DNA of 64,000 nt from Pristiophorus japonicus (GCF_044704955.1 NC_091999.1:44640001-44704000), one strand, 5' to 3'. Numbered from the stretch's first letter, positions 27,071 to 40,665 are shown. Translations and numbers: made by a program. The notes: a model not told the origin generated them from the letters alone.

Positions 27071-27399
27071 ACCTGAATTTGTCAGCCATCACAGAACAGG
27101 AGGAGGGTGGCAGAGGCACGGGGAAGGACAGTCGGTGTCCACGGGGAGCAATTCTGGGACAACGAGGGCAATCACATGGACTGTCAATGGGAGATAAGTT
27201 TTGAGTGAGGCAGTGAGTGGATAAATACCAAGAGAGAGGGTGAGGTGTGTCGCTGGAACTCCAGGTGATGTAACAGGTGATGGGTATTAGTGCAGGGTAG
27301 GTAGTGAGGGGGTTGTGTTCCTGCACATCTCCCCCCTCCTCGGCCCCAGTGAGGCGCTGCCTTTAAAATTCTCAGCTTTCTGTTCACATCCCTCGATGG

Positions 27400-27822
27400 C
27401 CCCGCCCCTCCCTATCTCTGTAACCTCCTCCAGCCACTACACCCTCCCTATCTCTGTAACCTCCTCCAGTCCCTACACCCCTACCTATCTCTGTAACCAC
27501 CTCCAGAGCCTACACCCCTCCCTATCTCTGTGACCTCCTCCAGCCCCTACACCACTCCCTATCACTGTGACTTCCTCCAGCCCTACAGCCCTCCCTATCT
27601 CTGTCACCTCCTCCAGCCCTACAGCCCTCCCTATCTCTGTAACCTCCTCCAGCCCAACACCCCTCCCTATCTCTCTAACCTCCTTGATCCACTACACCTC
27701 TCCATATCTTTGTAACCTCCTCCAGCCCTACACCCATCCCTATCTCTGTACTCACCTCCAGCCCGACACCCCTCCCTATCTCTCTAACCTCGTCGAGCCC
27801 CTCCACCTCTCCCTTTCTCTTT
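27400..27822. repeat. About 37-bp C-rich tandem repeat derived from an L2 segment
   Basis: CCCTCCCTATCTCTGTAACCTCCTCCAGCCCTACA unit; a single copy sits in its L2 context at about 25360-25390. Confidence 0.88.
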
Positions 27823-27826
27823 AACA

Positions 27827-30560
27827 TTGTTAGGGTTAACTTCAACCCACCACAAGGATTCTGTTAGCCTAAAGTAAATGCAAGTTTTATTAATACATGC
27901 CGGCAGGGAAGCTATCCTTGAAGGAATGCTCGAAATAGAGCCAGAGTCATCTTACTTTATACAGTTTCAGATGATAGCGTTCAGTAATTACGAAAGTGAC
28001 ATTTAATACATGCTGATTGATTAATACATGATTGATTGGTACAGCGCTTCCTCCAATCTGGCTTCTATATGCCTTAATTGGCAATTCCAAATACATGTTG
28101 TGATGATTCTTTTTATTTAACTCTTATCTTGTTGTACAATTGAAATTCTATGTTATCTGTTTCCGTGCCCAGCTCTCAATGCCTTTGGTCTATGAATTGG
28201 AACATCTGCTCCTCTGTGGAAGGCATCCCACACATGCTTCCCACAGTCTGAAAAACAGGCTGTGGGTTCCATTTTAAAAACCTGTTAATTCCATTTTAAA
28301 ATATCGCAATTGTTATTATTAATTGAAATTACAATTTGTAATCTGCCCTTTCAGTCCCTCCTGTTGATCCCTGATTATTTCTAAATAATCTGCTGACCAT
28401 ATATATGTTCTGAGCCATCTGCACGAAATGATGATATCAAGTCCATATCCCTGGGATCACTTGTAGTTCCATCTTTTGCCGAGTCTTTACATACTGCCCC
28501 AGACCATTTCCCTGGGATATTGGCACGCCACTCATCTTTCTTTTTGTACAGACAGTGCATAAGCTCTGGGGTCTAGGTTGTTTCCCTAACGCGTTCCAAA
28601 GTCACTCGCCTTCCTATCATGCATACATTACATAATTAACAAAGCTGTTTGCTTTTCGGCTAGAACCACGTGGTTGTATATCTCTCTGATCTTACACATC
28701 AGATATAGTTGGATCACGATACATATCCCTTCCACGACCATTACTACCTCAATTAAATGCCACATCGATTTGAGGACTGCGTAGGCTTCAGGTGACCAGA
28801 CCTTAAAAATATCCCACCATGAACAACAATCTTCCTTTCCATGCCTTATCCTGTCCTGATTCCTATGTCTCCCGCCTCGGTTTCGTTGATCAGGCGATAG
28901 GATTGGGACACTCACGACTCAGATCAGGTGTTCATGCCGTCTTTTTGTTTGATTAACCCTCTTTGGATTAAGCAAAGGCTTTCTGCATTCTTGGTTACGG
29001 GCCTTGGCCAAACTCTTCTTCCTGTATCTTTTGTATCTGCCTGCACAGTCTCCCAGGAGCATCAACACCACTATCAGCAGCACTAGGACTAACACATGGG
29101 ATATAATTCTAATCCCTATCTTTTAACTTTGCTCGGGTAAGCCTTGCCTGTCTTTGCACTTGTTACATAACATCACCAACCAACTCAAGGCTATTACTAT
29201 CTTTACTGCCACTAGGGTAAGGGAAAGGATCCTTATCCAGGGATGTATAATCTCATGTACCAAGGCGGGTTTTTCAAGTTATCCTTTATTTCACTGTCCA
29301 GATCTTTTGCTTTATCCTTCAGCTCTTTATATCTTTTAATGTTATTTCTTGAGCTCAGTTAAATCTTCAAATAACAGGGGAATTGCTCTTCCATGTAAAC
29401 ATCAATATCTTGCTCAATCTCATCGCTTATATTTCATGTCATTGTCTTCCTGGCATGTCATGTTTGCTCTTCTCACTGCCACCGACATTCTTGGAGAAAC
29501 ATAAGATCCCAGGCTAGTTAGAAACATAGAAACATAGAAAATAGGTGCAGGAGCAGGCCATTCAGCCCTTCTAGCCTGCACCGCCATTCAATGAGTTCAT
29601 GGCTGAACATGAAACTTCAGTACCCCCTTCCTGCTTTCTCGCCATAACCCTTGATCCCCCGAGTAGTAAGGACTTCATCTAACTCCCTTTTGAATATATT
29701 TAGTGAATTGGCCTCAACTACTTTCTGTGGTAGAGAATTCCACAGGTTCACCACTCTCTGGGTGAAGAAGTTTCTCCTCATCTCGGTCCTAAATGGCTTA
29801 CCCCTTATCCTCAGACTGTGACCCCTGGTTCTGGACTTCCCCAACATTGGGAACATTCTTTCTGCATCTAACCTGTCTAAACCCGTCAGAATTTTAAACG
29901 TTTCTATGAGGTCCCCTCTCATTCTTCTGAACTCCAGTGAATACAATCCCAATTGATCCAATCTTTCTTGAAAGGTCAGTCCCGCCATCCCGGGAATCAG
30001 TCTGGTGAACCTTCGCTGCACTCCCTCAATAGCAAGAATGTCCTTCCTCAAGTTAGGAGACCAAAACTGTACACAATACTCCAGGTGTGGCCTCACCAAG
30101 GCCCTGTACAACTGTAGCAACACCTCCCTGCCCCTGTATTCAAATCCCCTCGCTATGAAGGCCAACATGCCATTTGCTTTCTTAACCGCCTGCTGTACCT
30201 GCATGCCAACCTTCAATGACTGATGTACCATGACACCCAGTTATCACACAATATTCTCCTCGCACTTCAGAGGTGTAATGTGTGGGTTTGGTTCGGGCAG
30301 GGTTTATTCCAATGACACATCCTTTCGTAGTATTGTCAAACCCGCAGCTATCCTTGCTACCGTTTCCCACTGGGTGAGGGCCTATAGTTAGGCTTCCTTC
30401 TCACCAGCACACGGATAAAGATATTCCCCTTATATTTCCATTCTTCTTGATCTCGTACTGGTCCATCGCGGATGTACTCTTCCCCTTGTATTATGTTTGT
30501 TTCCCCTCACATCCTCCTGTAACAGCATACACCCTTGTCATTCCTTTCAAAAAGGGCCAC
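27827..30560 (-). mobile_element. Endogenous retrovirus 3' remnant: env-like coding pieces, PPT and 3' LTR (27827-28355)
   Basis: Minus-strand PPT AGGAGGGAC then TGAAAG; LTR has AATAAA and ends in CA; env-like CGFDN...GEYCVIT; hydrophobic HPWIRILS... and WWDIFKVWSP... segments. Confidence 0.7.
29520..30240 (-). mobile_element. Young CR1 3' fragment inserted into the ERV env remnant
   Basis: Uninterrupted 204-aa ORF2 C-terminus (29617-30231); (AGAAACAT)n tail. Confidence 0.92.
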
Positions 30561-30569
30561 ATTACAGCA

Positions 30570-31025
30570 AAAGTCTCAAGGGACAAAGTTGTTAAAAAGA
30601 CAAGCCTGAAATCTCTGTGCCTCAATGCGAGGAGTATTCGTAATAAGATGGACGAATTAACTGCACAGGCAGCAATTAGTGAATATGATATAATTTGCAC
30701 CACGTTGACATGGCTGTCCTATGCTGTGTCCCCTGGTTCTGGACTTCCCCAACATCGGGAGAAGCTACCTGCATCTAACCTGTCCCGTCCCGTCAGAATC
30801 TTTATGTTTCTATGAAATCCCCTCTCATCCTTCTAAGCTCCAATGTATAAAAATCCAGTTGATCCAGTCTCTCCTCACATGACAGTCCAACCATCCCGGG
30901 AATCAGTCTGGTGAACCTTCGCTGCACTCCCTCAATAGCAAGAACGTCGTTCCTCACATTAGGAGATCAAAACAGAACACAATATTCCAGGTGAGTCCTC
31001 ACCAAGGCCCTGTATAACTGCAGTA
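30570..31025. mobile_element. CR1 fragments (plus-strand endonuclease start, minus-strand RT C-terminus)
   Basis: CLNARSIRNKMDEL on plus; homology to 29820-30115 on minus. Confidence 0.8.
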
Positions 31026-31767
31026 AGAATCTGTTGAATCTGCATTTTACTGTAACTCTATGACATTCTGAACCGATAAAGAAATGGAATCGTGAAATGT
31101 ATCTCTGTCTTTCAGTCTCTGCCTCACTCTCTACCTCTGTCTCTTTAGAGATATGTACATGTGTTTGCGTGTTTGAGTCTTTGTCTCCCTCACTCTGCCT
31201 CTCTCTGACTCACTCTGTCTTTCCCTGTTTTTCTGATTGTCTCGGTCTCTCAATCTGCCCGTGTCTTTCTCACAGTGTCCAGTTCTGTTCCAAAGGGATT
31301 CTCTCAGTCTCTCTGTCTGATTGTCTGTCGATGTCTCTGCCTGTCTCTCTCTCTTTGCCTGTCTCTGTTCGACCCTGTCTCTTACCTGTTGAGTATTTCC
31401 ATCATTTTCTGTTTTTATCTATCTCTCTCTCTCTATCTTATCTCTCACTATTTCTCTCTCTCTCTCTTTGTCGCTCTCTTTGTCCATATCTTTGTCTTTG
31501 TCTCTGGCTTTCCATTACCATTTGCCTCACTCTCTTTATGGAGCACACACACACACATCTCTGTGTATGTGTGTGTTTGAGTCTTTGTCTCACTCAGTCT
31601 GCCTATCCCTCTCGGTCTCACACTTGCTCTCTATATCTCTAGCTCGCTGTCTGTCTCTCCCTGTTTCTGTTTTTGTGTCTGTCTCTCAATGTGTCTGTCT
31701 CTTTCTCATGGTGTCAAGTTCTTTTCACAGCTCAATTCCTGCTGTCTCAACATCCACACCCGTCAGT

Positions 31768-31812
31768 ACCTCGTTAATATAGTCGTGAGTATCCCCACCT
31801 GTCAGGCGGGAG
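31768..31812 (+). pseudogene. tRNA-Asp(GTC) pseudogene with internal deletion (unit 1)
   Basis: CCTCGTTAATATAGTCGTGAGTATCCCCACCTGTCAGGCGGGAG; T-arm missing. Confidence 0.8.
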
Positions 31813-32030
31813 GAAGCATTTTCGAAATGTAGAATTGTACTTCTGTTATTCGGTATAGATTCATATTAAAAGTTCCAGAGCAACATAGAAGAGTAAAAAT
31901 ACAGCAAGAGGATATTGGCTCTTCCTGATTTTTCGGAAACGGAGACTTTTTCAGGACTCTGTGATGTTCTGATGCAGAGAGATGGATGATTGAGTTTTGT
32001 CTGAGTAACATTTAAAAACGTGCCAACGCA

Positions 32031-32112
32031 GTAGTCGTGGACGAGTGGTTAAGGAGATGGACTCGATATCCATTGGCGTTTACCCGTGTAGGTACGAATC
32101 CTGCCGACTACG
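32031..32112 (+). tRNA. tRNA-Ser-like gene, degenerate (anticodon reads CGA; unit 1)
   Basis: GTAGTCGTGG...CCTGCCGACTACG matches the vertebrate Ser(AGA/TGA) body; TTC changed to TAC in the T-loop; T-run terminator follows. Confidence 0.82.
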
Positions 32113-32847
32113 AATCTCAGCATTTTTCATTCCATTTCAAACTTTAACCAGATCACTGTAAAACGGTTGGGTGGAATAACGTCCCACACCTTTCAACACT
32201 GACATTTTTTTCTCATTTTGATTAATCTGCAATATTCACGATACATACGGATAGAAAAACGCAAATATCAGCTAAATTAGCGACAGTGATTCAGCCTGTC
32301 TATCATTCTATATGTCTGAGGCACTCTGTGTATGCCTATTGGTGCGTGTATATTTTTGGTTATGTGCATGTCTGTCTCTGTGTCTGTCTATCTGTGTATA
32401 TATCTCTGTGTATGCGCAACTGTCTGTGGATATCATCACCATGAATTTGGTATGTCCTCGAACTTTTAAAAAAGATTTGGGGAAAGTAATGCGGTTGTGA
32501 CATTTGATATCGGCTTTGCTACAGCGACAGCATTTTCGACTTCAAGTCCCACTCCTGAGACTTGAGCATATAATCTTGGTTGACACTCAAGTGCAGTACT
32601 TGGGGAATTTTGCATTGTTGAAGCTGTTGACTTTCGGATGAAATGTTAAATTGAAGCTCCGTCTGCTCTCTCGGGTGAATGTGAAAGTTCCCACAGCATT
32701 ATTCGAAAAAGAGTAATGTGTTGTCCCCGTGTAACTTTTATATGTATATTCTGAAATGCTCACTGAAAACCTGTGTGTATGCGTGTGTCTGTCAGGGTGG
32801 AGCTCAAGCCCAGATTCTCACAGAGACAGAATGTGATGGTTCACAAG

Positions 32848-32930
32848 TCCAAAATGGCCGAGTGTATAAGTCGTTGCATTTAAGATCAAATGGGTTTACA
32901 CCCACGTAGATTCGAACCCCACTTCTAGTA
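32848..32930 (+). pseudogene. tRNA-Leu(TAA) pseudogene (unit 1)
   Basis: ATGGCCGAGT...TTTAAGATC...TTCGAACCCCACTTCTAGTA; several stem mismatches. Confidence 0.8.
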
Positions 32931-33114
32931 ACTCTTGAATTTAACACCGATTTTCTCCCATCCTGCTCAGTGATACCCGAATGCCTTCTGTTGAAACTGT
33001 AACTCTGTCACACTCTCAACTGACCAAGAAATGGAATTGTGAAGTGCCTCTCACTCTCTGTCTTTAGAGAGCTCTATATATCTTTACGTGTTTGAGTCTC
33101 TGACTCACTGTGTC

Positions 33115-36100
33115 TGAGGATCAACAAGCTGAATTCAGGGAGCTTGGAGTTAAATTAAAAAGTAGGACTTCAAAGGTCACAAACTCAGCATTGCTGCCAG
33201 TGCCACCTGCTAGTCGGAGCAGGAATCACATGAGAGCTCAGATGAATGTGTGATGCAGATGGGAGGGATTCAAGTTCCTGGGACTTTGGAGCCGGTTCTG
33301 TGGAAGTTGGATCCAGAACGAAACCGGACGGTCTGCACCTGGGCAGGACCAGAACCAAATTTCAAGGGAGAGTGTTTGCTCGAGTTTCTGGGGAGGGTTT
33401 ACAGTAATATGGCAGGGCGACGGGAGACAGAGGGAAGTAGAATGGGCGCAGAAGTGAAAGAATAAAAGTAAAGTTGGAGGGCAGAGAAACCCACGGCAAA
33501 TATCAAATAGGGCCACTTTACAGCAAAATTCTAAAGGGTCCAAGTGTGTTAAAGTAACAAGCCTGGAGGCTCTGTGCCTCATTGCGAGGAGTATTCGTAA
33601 TAAGGTGGACGAATTAACTGAAAAAGCAGCAATTACTGAATATGAAATAATTGGCATCACGGAGACATGGCTCCAGGCTGACCAAGGCTGGGAATTCAAC
33701 ATTCAGGAAGCATAGACAGATATGAAAAGGTGGTCGGGTAGTGTTGCTGGTTAAAGAGGAAATTAAGGCAATAGTAAGGAACGACATTAGCTTGGATGAT
33801 GTGGAATATGAATAGGTGGAGCTGCGGAATACCAAAGGGAATAAAATGCAAGAGGAGTTGTGTACAGATCCGCAGAGAGTAGTAGTGAGGTTGGGGACAG
33901 CATCAAACAAGAAATTAGGGATGCGTGCCATAAAGATACAGCAGTTATCAAGGGCTACTTTACTTTACATGTAAATTGGGCTAACCACAAATGTAGCAAT
34001 ACGGTGCAGGAGGACTTCCTCGAGCGTATGAGGGATGGTTTTCTCACTCAATATAGCGAGGGACCATCTCGAGGGCTGGCCATCCTAGTCTGGGTGATGT
34101 GTAATGAGAAAGGACTAATTAGCAATCTTGTTGTGCGAGGCCCCTTGGGAAAGAGTGACCATAATAAGGTAGAATTCTTTATTAAGGTGGCGAGTGACAC
34201 AGTTAATTCAGAGACTAGGGTCCTGAACTTAAGGAAAGGTAACTTCGATGGTATGAGACGTGAATTTGCTAGAATAGACTGGTGAATGATACTTAAAGGG
34301 TTGAAGGTGGATTGGCCATTGCAAACATTTAAAGATCACATGGATGAACTTCAACAATTATATTTCCCTGTCTGGAGTAAAAATAAAATGGGGAATGTGG
34401 CTCAACCGTGGCTAACAAAGGAAATTAAGGATAGTGTTAAATCCAGGGAAGAGGCATATAAATTGGCCAGAAAAAGCCGCAACCTGAGGACTGGAAGAAA
34501 TTTACAATTCAGCTGAGGAGGACAAAGGTTTTAATTAGCAGGGGGGAAATAGATTATGAGAGGAAGCTTGCTGGGAACCTAATAAAGTTCCACAGATATG
34601 TGAAGACAAAAAGATTAGAGAAGACAAACGTAGGTCCCTTGCAATCTGATTCAGGTGAATTTATAATGGGGAAGAAGGAAATTGTTGAGCAGTTGAACAA
34701 TCACTTTGGTTGTGTCTTCACGAAGGAAGAAACGCATAACCTTCCAGAAATACTAGGGCACCGAGGATCTAGCGAGAAGGAGGAACTGAAGGAAATCCTT
34801 ATTAGTCAGGTAATTGTGTTCGGGAAATTGATGGGATTGAAGGCCGATTAATCCCCGGGGCCTGATAGTCTGCATTGGAAAGTACTTAAGGAAGTGGCCC
34901 TAGAAATAGCGGATGCATTGGTGATCATTTTCCAACAGTCTATCGACTCGAGATCAGTTCGTATGAACTGAAGGGTAACTAATGTAAAACCACATTTTAA
35001 AAAAGGAGGGAGATAGAAAACGGATAATTATAGACCGGTTAGCCTAACATCAGTAATGGGGAAAATGTAGGAAGCAATTATTAAAGATGAAATTGCAGCG
35101 CATTTGGAAAGCAGTGACAGGATCGGTCCAAGCTGCATGGATTTATGAAAGGAAAATCAAGCTCGACAAATCTTCTGAAATTATTTGAGGATATAGCTAG
35201 TATAGTGGACAAGGGGAACCAGTGGATGTGGTGTATTTGGACTTTCAAAAGGCTTTCAACAAGGTCGCACACACGTATTGGTGTGCAAAGTTAAAGCACA
35301 TGGTATTGGAGGTAATGTACTGACGTGGATAGAGAACTGGTTGGCAGACAGGAAGCAGAGAGTCGGAATAAACGGGTCTTTTTCAGAAAAGCAGGCAGTG
35401 ACTAGTGGGGTGCCACAGGGCTCAGTGCTGGGATCCCAGCTATTTACAATATACATTAATGACTTAGATGAAGGAATTGAGTGTAATATCTTCAAGCTTG
35501 CAGATGATACCAACAGGGTGGCGATGTGAGCTGTGAGGAGACGCTAAGAGGCTGCAGGCTGAATTGGACCGGTTAGGTGAGTGGGCAAATGCATGGAAGA
35601 TGCAGAATAATGTGGATAAATGTGAGGTTATCCACTTTAGTGGCGAAAACACGAAGGCAGAATATTATCTGTATGGCAACAGATTAGGAAAAGGGGAGGT
35701 GCAACGAGACCTGGGCGTCATGGTACATCAGTCATTGAAAGCTGACATGCAGTTACAGCAGGCAGTGAAGAAGGCAAAAGGAATGTTGGCCTTCACAGCT
35801 AGGGGATTTGAGTATCGGAGCAGGGAGGCCATACTGCAGTTGTACAGGGCCTTTGTGAGACCTCACCTGGAATATTGTGTTCAGTTTTGGTCTCGTAATC
35901 TGAGGAAGGACTTTCTTGCTATTAAGTGAGTGCAGCGAAGGTTCACCAGACTGATTCCCGGGATGACAGGACTGACAGATGAGGAGAGACTGGATCGACA
36001 GTGGCTTGTAGTCACTGGGGTTTAGAAGCATGAGAGGGGATCTCGTAGAAACATGAACAATTCTGACGGGACTTAACAGGTTAGATGCAGCAAGAAAATT

Positions 36101-36422
36101 CCCGATGTTGGGGAAGTCCAGAATTAGGGGACTCAGTCTAATGATAAGGGGCAGGTCATTTAGGACCGAGATGAGGAGAAACTTCTTCACTCAGAGAGTT
36201 GTTAACCTCTAGAATTTCCTACCGCAGAGAGTTGTTGATGCCAGTTCATTGGATATGTTGAAGAGGGAGCTAGATATTGCCGTTATGGCCAAAGGCATCA
36301 AGAGGTATGGAGAGAAAGCAGGAAAGTGTTACTGAGGTGAATGATCAGCCATGATCTTATTGAATGGTGGTGCAGACTCGAAAGCCCGAATGGCCTACTC
36401 CTGCACCTATTTTCTATGTTTC
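33115..36422 (+). mobile_element. CR1-clade LINE, near-complete ORF2, degenerate, inserted in the tRNA array
   Basis: Endonuclease and RT fragments ([29 protein letters not shown]); TTTCTATG tail. Confidence 0.92.
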
Positions 36423-37111
36423 TCTGTTTGTCGCTGTCTCTCATTCTGTTTCTTTCTTTCGGTGTCAAAGTTCTGCTCCAATGGGATTCTCTCAGTCTCT
36501 TTGTCTATTTGGCTCTCTCTTTCCCATCATCCCTCTCTGTCTGACTGTCTCTCTCTTTCCCATCGTATCTTTCTATTTGTCTATGTCTGTGCCTGTCTGC
36601 CTTTCTTTTCCTGTCTCTGTTCGTACCTGTCTCTAACCTGCTGAGTATTTCCATAATTTTCTCTTTTTATCTCTATCTCTCTTTCTATCTGTCTCTCTCT
36701 CTCTATCTGGCTATCTCTGTGTCTCTCTTTGTCCCTGTCTTCATCTCTGTATTGCTATCACTCTTTCCCTCTCTCTCTTTATAGAGCATGCACATATCTC
36801 TGTGTATGTGTGTGCTTGAGTTTTTTTCTCACTGTGTGTTTCTCCCTCTCAGTATCACACTTTATGTGTCTCTTTGTCTTTATCTCGCTGTCTGTCTCTC
36901 CCTGTTTCTCTGTTTGTCTCTGTCTCTCAATGTTTCTGTCGACTTCTCATGGTGTCCAGTTCTGTTCACAGCTCGATTCCTGCTCTGAGAGAGCAGATAC
37001 CCGTCAGTTCCTCTGTTTGTGTCTGTCTCTCATTGTGTCTGTCTCTTTTTCATGGAGCCCAGTTCTTTTCACAGCTCGATTCCTGCTGTCTAAAAAGCTG
37101 CACCTGTCAGT

Positions 37112-37183
37112 ACCTCGTTAGTATAATGGTGAATATCACCACCTGACACGCGGGAGACCGGAGTTGAATTTCCTGATGGGGAG
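37112..37183 (+). pseudogene. tRNA-Asp-derived pseudogene (anticodon reads GAC; unit 2)
   Basis: CCTCGTTAGTATAATGGTGAATATC...CACGCGGGAGACCGG...GGGGAG; damaged B box. Confidence 0.82.
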
Positions 37184-37400
37184 AAGGCTTTTTCAAAATG
37201 TAGAATTTTACTTTTGTTTCTTGGTATAGATTCATGTTAAAAGGTTCGAGAGCAATATAGAAGAGTAAATATACTGAAAAAGGAGATTGCCTTCCAGATT
37301 TTTTAGCAAACGGAAACTTATTCAAGATTCTGTGGCCGGCTGCTGCACAGAGATAGATGACTGAGTTTTATCTGAGTAACATTTGAAATGCAGCAAACCA

Positions 37401-37483
37401 GCAGTCGTAGCCGAGTGGTTAAGGTGATGAGCTCGATAATCCATTGGGGTTTCCCCGCACAGGTTCGAAACCTGCTGATTACA
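37401..37483 (+). pseudogene. tRNA-Ser pseudogene (unit 2)
   Basis: GCAGTCGTAGCCGAGTGGTTAAGG...CCATTGGGGTTTCCCCGCACAGGTTCGAAACCTGC; extra base in the anticodon loop. Confidence 0.82.
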
Positions 37484-38249
37484 ATTCTCGGCATTTTTCA
37501 TTCCATTTCACAATTTGACCAGGTCTCTACAAAACACATACTGAGACAGGAGGAATAATATCACACACCTATCAAGACTGACATTTTTTTCTCATTTCTA
37601 TTAATCTGCAATATTCACGATACATACGGATAGAAAAACGCACAAATCAGCCTAAGTAGCCAGAGTGATTCAGCCTGATTCTCCCTCTATATGCCTGAGG
37701 CATCTGTGCATGTCCGTTGGTGCGTATATATTTTTGGTTATGTGTTTGTCTGTGTCTCTGTGTCTGTCTATCTCTTTATATGTCTCTGTGTATGTGCAAC
37801 TGTCTGTGGAAATCATCACCATGAATTTGGTATGTCCTGGAACTTATTAATAAGACTTGGGGGAAAATAATACGATTGCGAACTTTGGTATCGGCTTTGG
37901 TTCAGTGGCAGCATTCTCGACTGAATCAGGAGTTTGTGTGTTCAAGTCGCATTCCTGAGACTGGAGCATATAAATCTTGGCTAACACCCAACTGCAGCAC
38001 TTGGGGAATTTAGCATTTTTGAAGCTGTTGACATTCGGATGAAATGTTAAATTGAAGCTCCGTCTGCACCCTCGGCTGGATGGAAAAGTTCCCAGAGCAT
38101 TACTCGAAAAAGAAAAGGAGAGTTGCCACCGTGTCAATATTACTAAAAATGTTCGGAAATGCTCCCTGAAACCCACGTGAGTGTGTTTGTCTGTGGGGGT
38201 GGAGTTGAAGCCCAGATTCTCAGAGATACAGAGTCGAACTGATGACAGG

Positions 38250-38330
38250 ACCCGGATGGCCGAGTGGTTGAGGCGTTGGCCTTAAAATTCAGTGGGTTTT
38301 TCCCGCGTGGGTTCGTATCCCATTCCTTAA
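38250..38330 (+). pseudogene. tRNA-Leu(TAA) pseudogene (unit 2)
   Basis: ACCCGGATGGCCGAGTGGTTGAGGCGTTGG...CCGCGTGGGTTCG; 3' acceptor strand damaged. Confidence 0.8.
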
Positions 38331-39551
38331 TTAAACAGAGATTTTTCCCCTCCTGCTCAGTGACGCCCGATTTTCATGTGTTGCACTTGCATTTTTCTGT
38401 AACTCTGTGAAACTCTGAGCCGATAATGAAATGAATTGTGAAATGTATCTGTTTCGCTGAGTCTCTGCCTCTCTCTCTCTCTTTAGAGAGTTGTGTATGT
38501 GTTTCTGTGTCTGAGTCTTTGTCTCTCTCAGTCCGCCTCTCTCTGATTCACTCTGTCTATCCCTGTTTTTCTGTTTGTCTCTGTCTCTCAATCTGTATTC
38601 TTCTCACGCTGTCCAGTTCTGTTCGAAAGGGATTCTCTCAGACTCTCTGTCTGACTGTCTCTCTCTTTCCCATCATCTCTGTCTGCCCATGTCTTTGCCT
38701 GTCTCTGTTCGTCCTTTTCTCTCACCTGATGAGTATTTCCATAATTTTCTGTTTTTTCTACTTGTTTCTCTCTCTATCTGTCCTTCTCTCTGTTTGTCTC
38801 CCTCTTTTTCTCTCTCTTTGTCCCTGGCTTTTTCTTGTCATTCCATCACTATTTCCCTCCCTCTCTTTATGTAGCACGCAAACACATTTCTGTGTATGTA
38901 TATATTTGAGTCTTTGTCTCATTCAGTCTAATCCTCCCTCTCAGTCTCAAACTTTCTGTCTCTCTTTGTCTCTATCTCGCTGTCTGTCACTCCCTGTTTC
39001 CATGTTTGTCTCTGTTTCTCAATGTGTCTGTTTCTTTCTCACGGTGTCCAGTTCTGTTCCAATGGGATTCTCTTTGTCTCTCTGTCTGACTGACTCACTC
39101 TTTCCCATCATCTCTGTCTGTCTATGTCTCTGCCTGTCTGTCTCTCTTTGCCTGTCGCTGGTAGTTCCTGTCTCTAACCTGGTGAGTATTTCCATAATTT
39201 TCTGTTTATATCTTTGTCTCTCTCTCTCTACCTGCCGCTCTCTCTCTATCTGTCTCTCTCCTTGTTACTGTCTTTATCACTGTCTTTCTCTCAATCTTTC
39301 CCTCTCTCTCTTTATGGATCACACACACACACACACACACACACACATCTCTGTATATGTCTGCGTTTGAGTCTTTTTCTCACTCTGTCTGCCTCTCCTT
39401 CTCAGTCTCACACTTTCCGTCTCTTGTTGTCTCTATCTCGTTGCCTGTCTCTCCTTGTTTGTCGGTTTGTCTCTGTCCCTCAATGTGCCTGTCTACTGCT
39501 CATGGTGTCCATTTCTGTTCACAGCTCGATTCCTGCTCTGATAGAATTCAT

Positions 39552-39623
39552 ATTTGTTAGATTCGTGGTCAGTATCCCTGCTTGTCAAGCGTGAGATGTG
39601 GGGTTCAATGCCCCGATAGGATG
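39552..39623 (+). pseudogene. tRNA-Asp(GTC) pseudogene (unit 3)
   Basis: GTGGTCAGTATCCCTGCTTGTCAAGCG...GGGGTTCAATGCCCCGA; same position as in units 1 and 2. Confidence 0.72.
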
Positions 39624-39828
39624 AGACTTTTTCAAAATGTTGAATATTACTTCTGTTTCGTGGTATAGATTAATCTTAAAAAGTTGAAGAGCAATTTCGA
39701 ACACGAAAAATACAGCAAGAGGGGATTGCCTCTTCCAGATTTTTCACAAACGGAGACTGTTTCAGGATTCTGTGGCCGTCAGTTGCACAGAGTTTTATCT
39801 GAGTAACATTTAACAAGCCAGTTAGCCA

Positions 39829-39911
39829 ATAGCCGTGGCCGAGATGTTAAGGCAATAGACGAGATAATCCATTGGCTTTTCATCACGAAGGATCGAACCT
39901 TGCCGACTATG
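39829..39911 (+). pseudogene. tRNA-Ser pseudogene (unit 3)
   Basis: TAGCCGTGGCCGAG...ATCCATTGG...TGCCGACTATG; heavily substituted. Confidence 0.72.
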
Positions 39912-40665
39912 GTTCTAAGCAATTTTCATTCCATTTCACAATTTAACCAGATCTTTGCAAAACTGATCCTGTGATAGATGGAATAATGTCCCACACCTTT
40001 CAACACTGACACATTTTTTCTCATTGTTATTAATCTGCAATATTCACGATACATACGGATAGAAAAACGCAAAAGTCAGCCAAATTTGCGACATTGATTC
40101 AGCCTGTCTTTCCCTCGAAATGTCTAAGGCACTCTGTGCATGTCCGTTGGTGCGTTTATATTTTTGGTTGTGTGTGTGTGTCTCTCTCTGTCTGTCCATC
40201 TGTATGTATGTCTCTGCGTATGTGCAACTGTCTGTGGAAATCATCACCATGAATTTGGTATGTGCTGGAACATTTTTAAAAAACTTGCGGAAAATAATAA
40301 GGCTGTGAACTTTGGTATCGGCTATGGTTCCGTGGCAGCATTCTCGACTTAATCTGGAGTTTGTGTGTTCAAGTCGCACTCCTGAGACTTGAGCATATAA
40401 TCTTTGATGATTTTCAAATGCAGTACTTGGGGAATTTTGCATTGTCGAAGCTATTGACTTTCGGGTGAAATGTTAAATTGAAGCTCCGTCTGCAACCTCG
40501 GGTGGATTTGAACGTTCCCAGAGCATTACTCGAAAAAGAATAGGAGAGTTGCCCCCTTGTCAACATTACTAAAAATGTTCGTAAATGCTCACTGAAACCT
40601 TTGTGTCCGTGAGGGTGGGGTTCCACCCCAGATTCTCACAGAGACAGAATCCGAATACTGACAGG

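Noticed and set aside
38438-39594. Long Leu/Ser/Cys-rich ORFs (also at 31097-31782 and 36729-37146)
   Set aside because: Translations of CT-rich low-complexity spacers of the tRNA cassette
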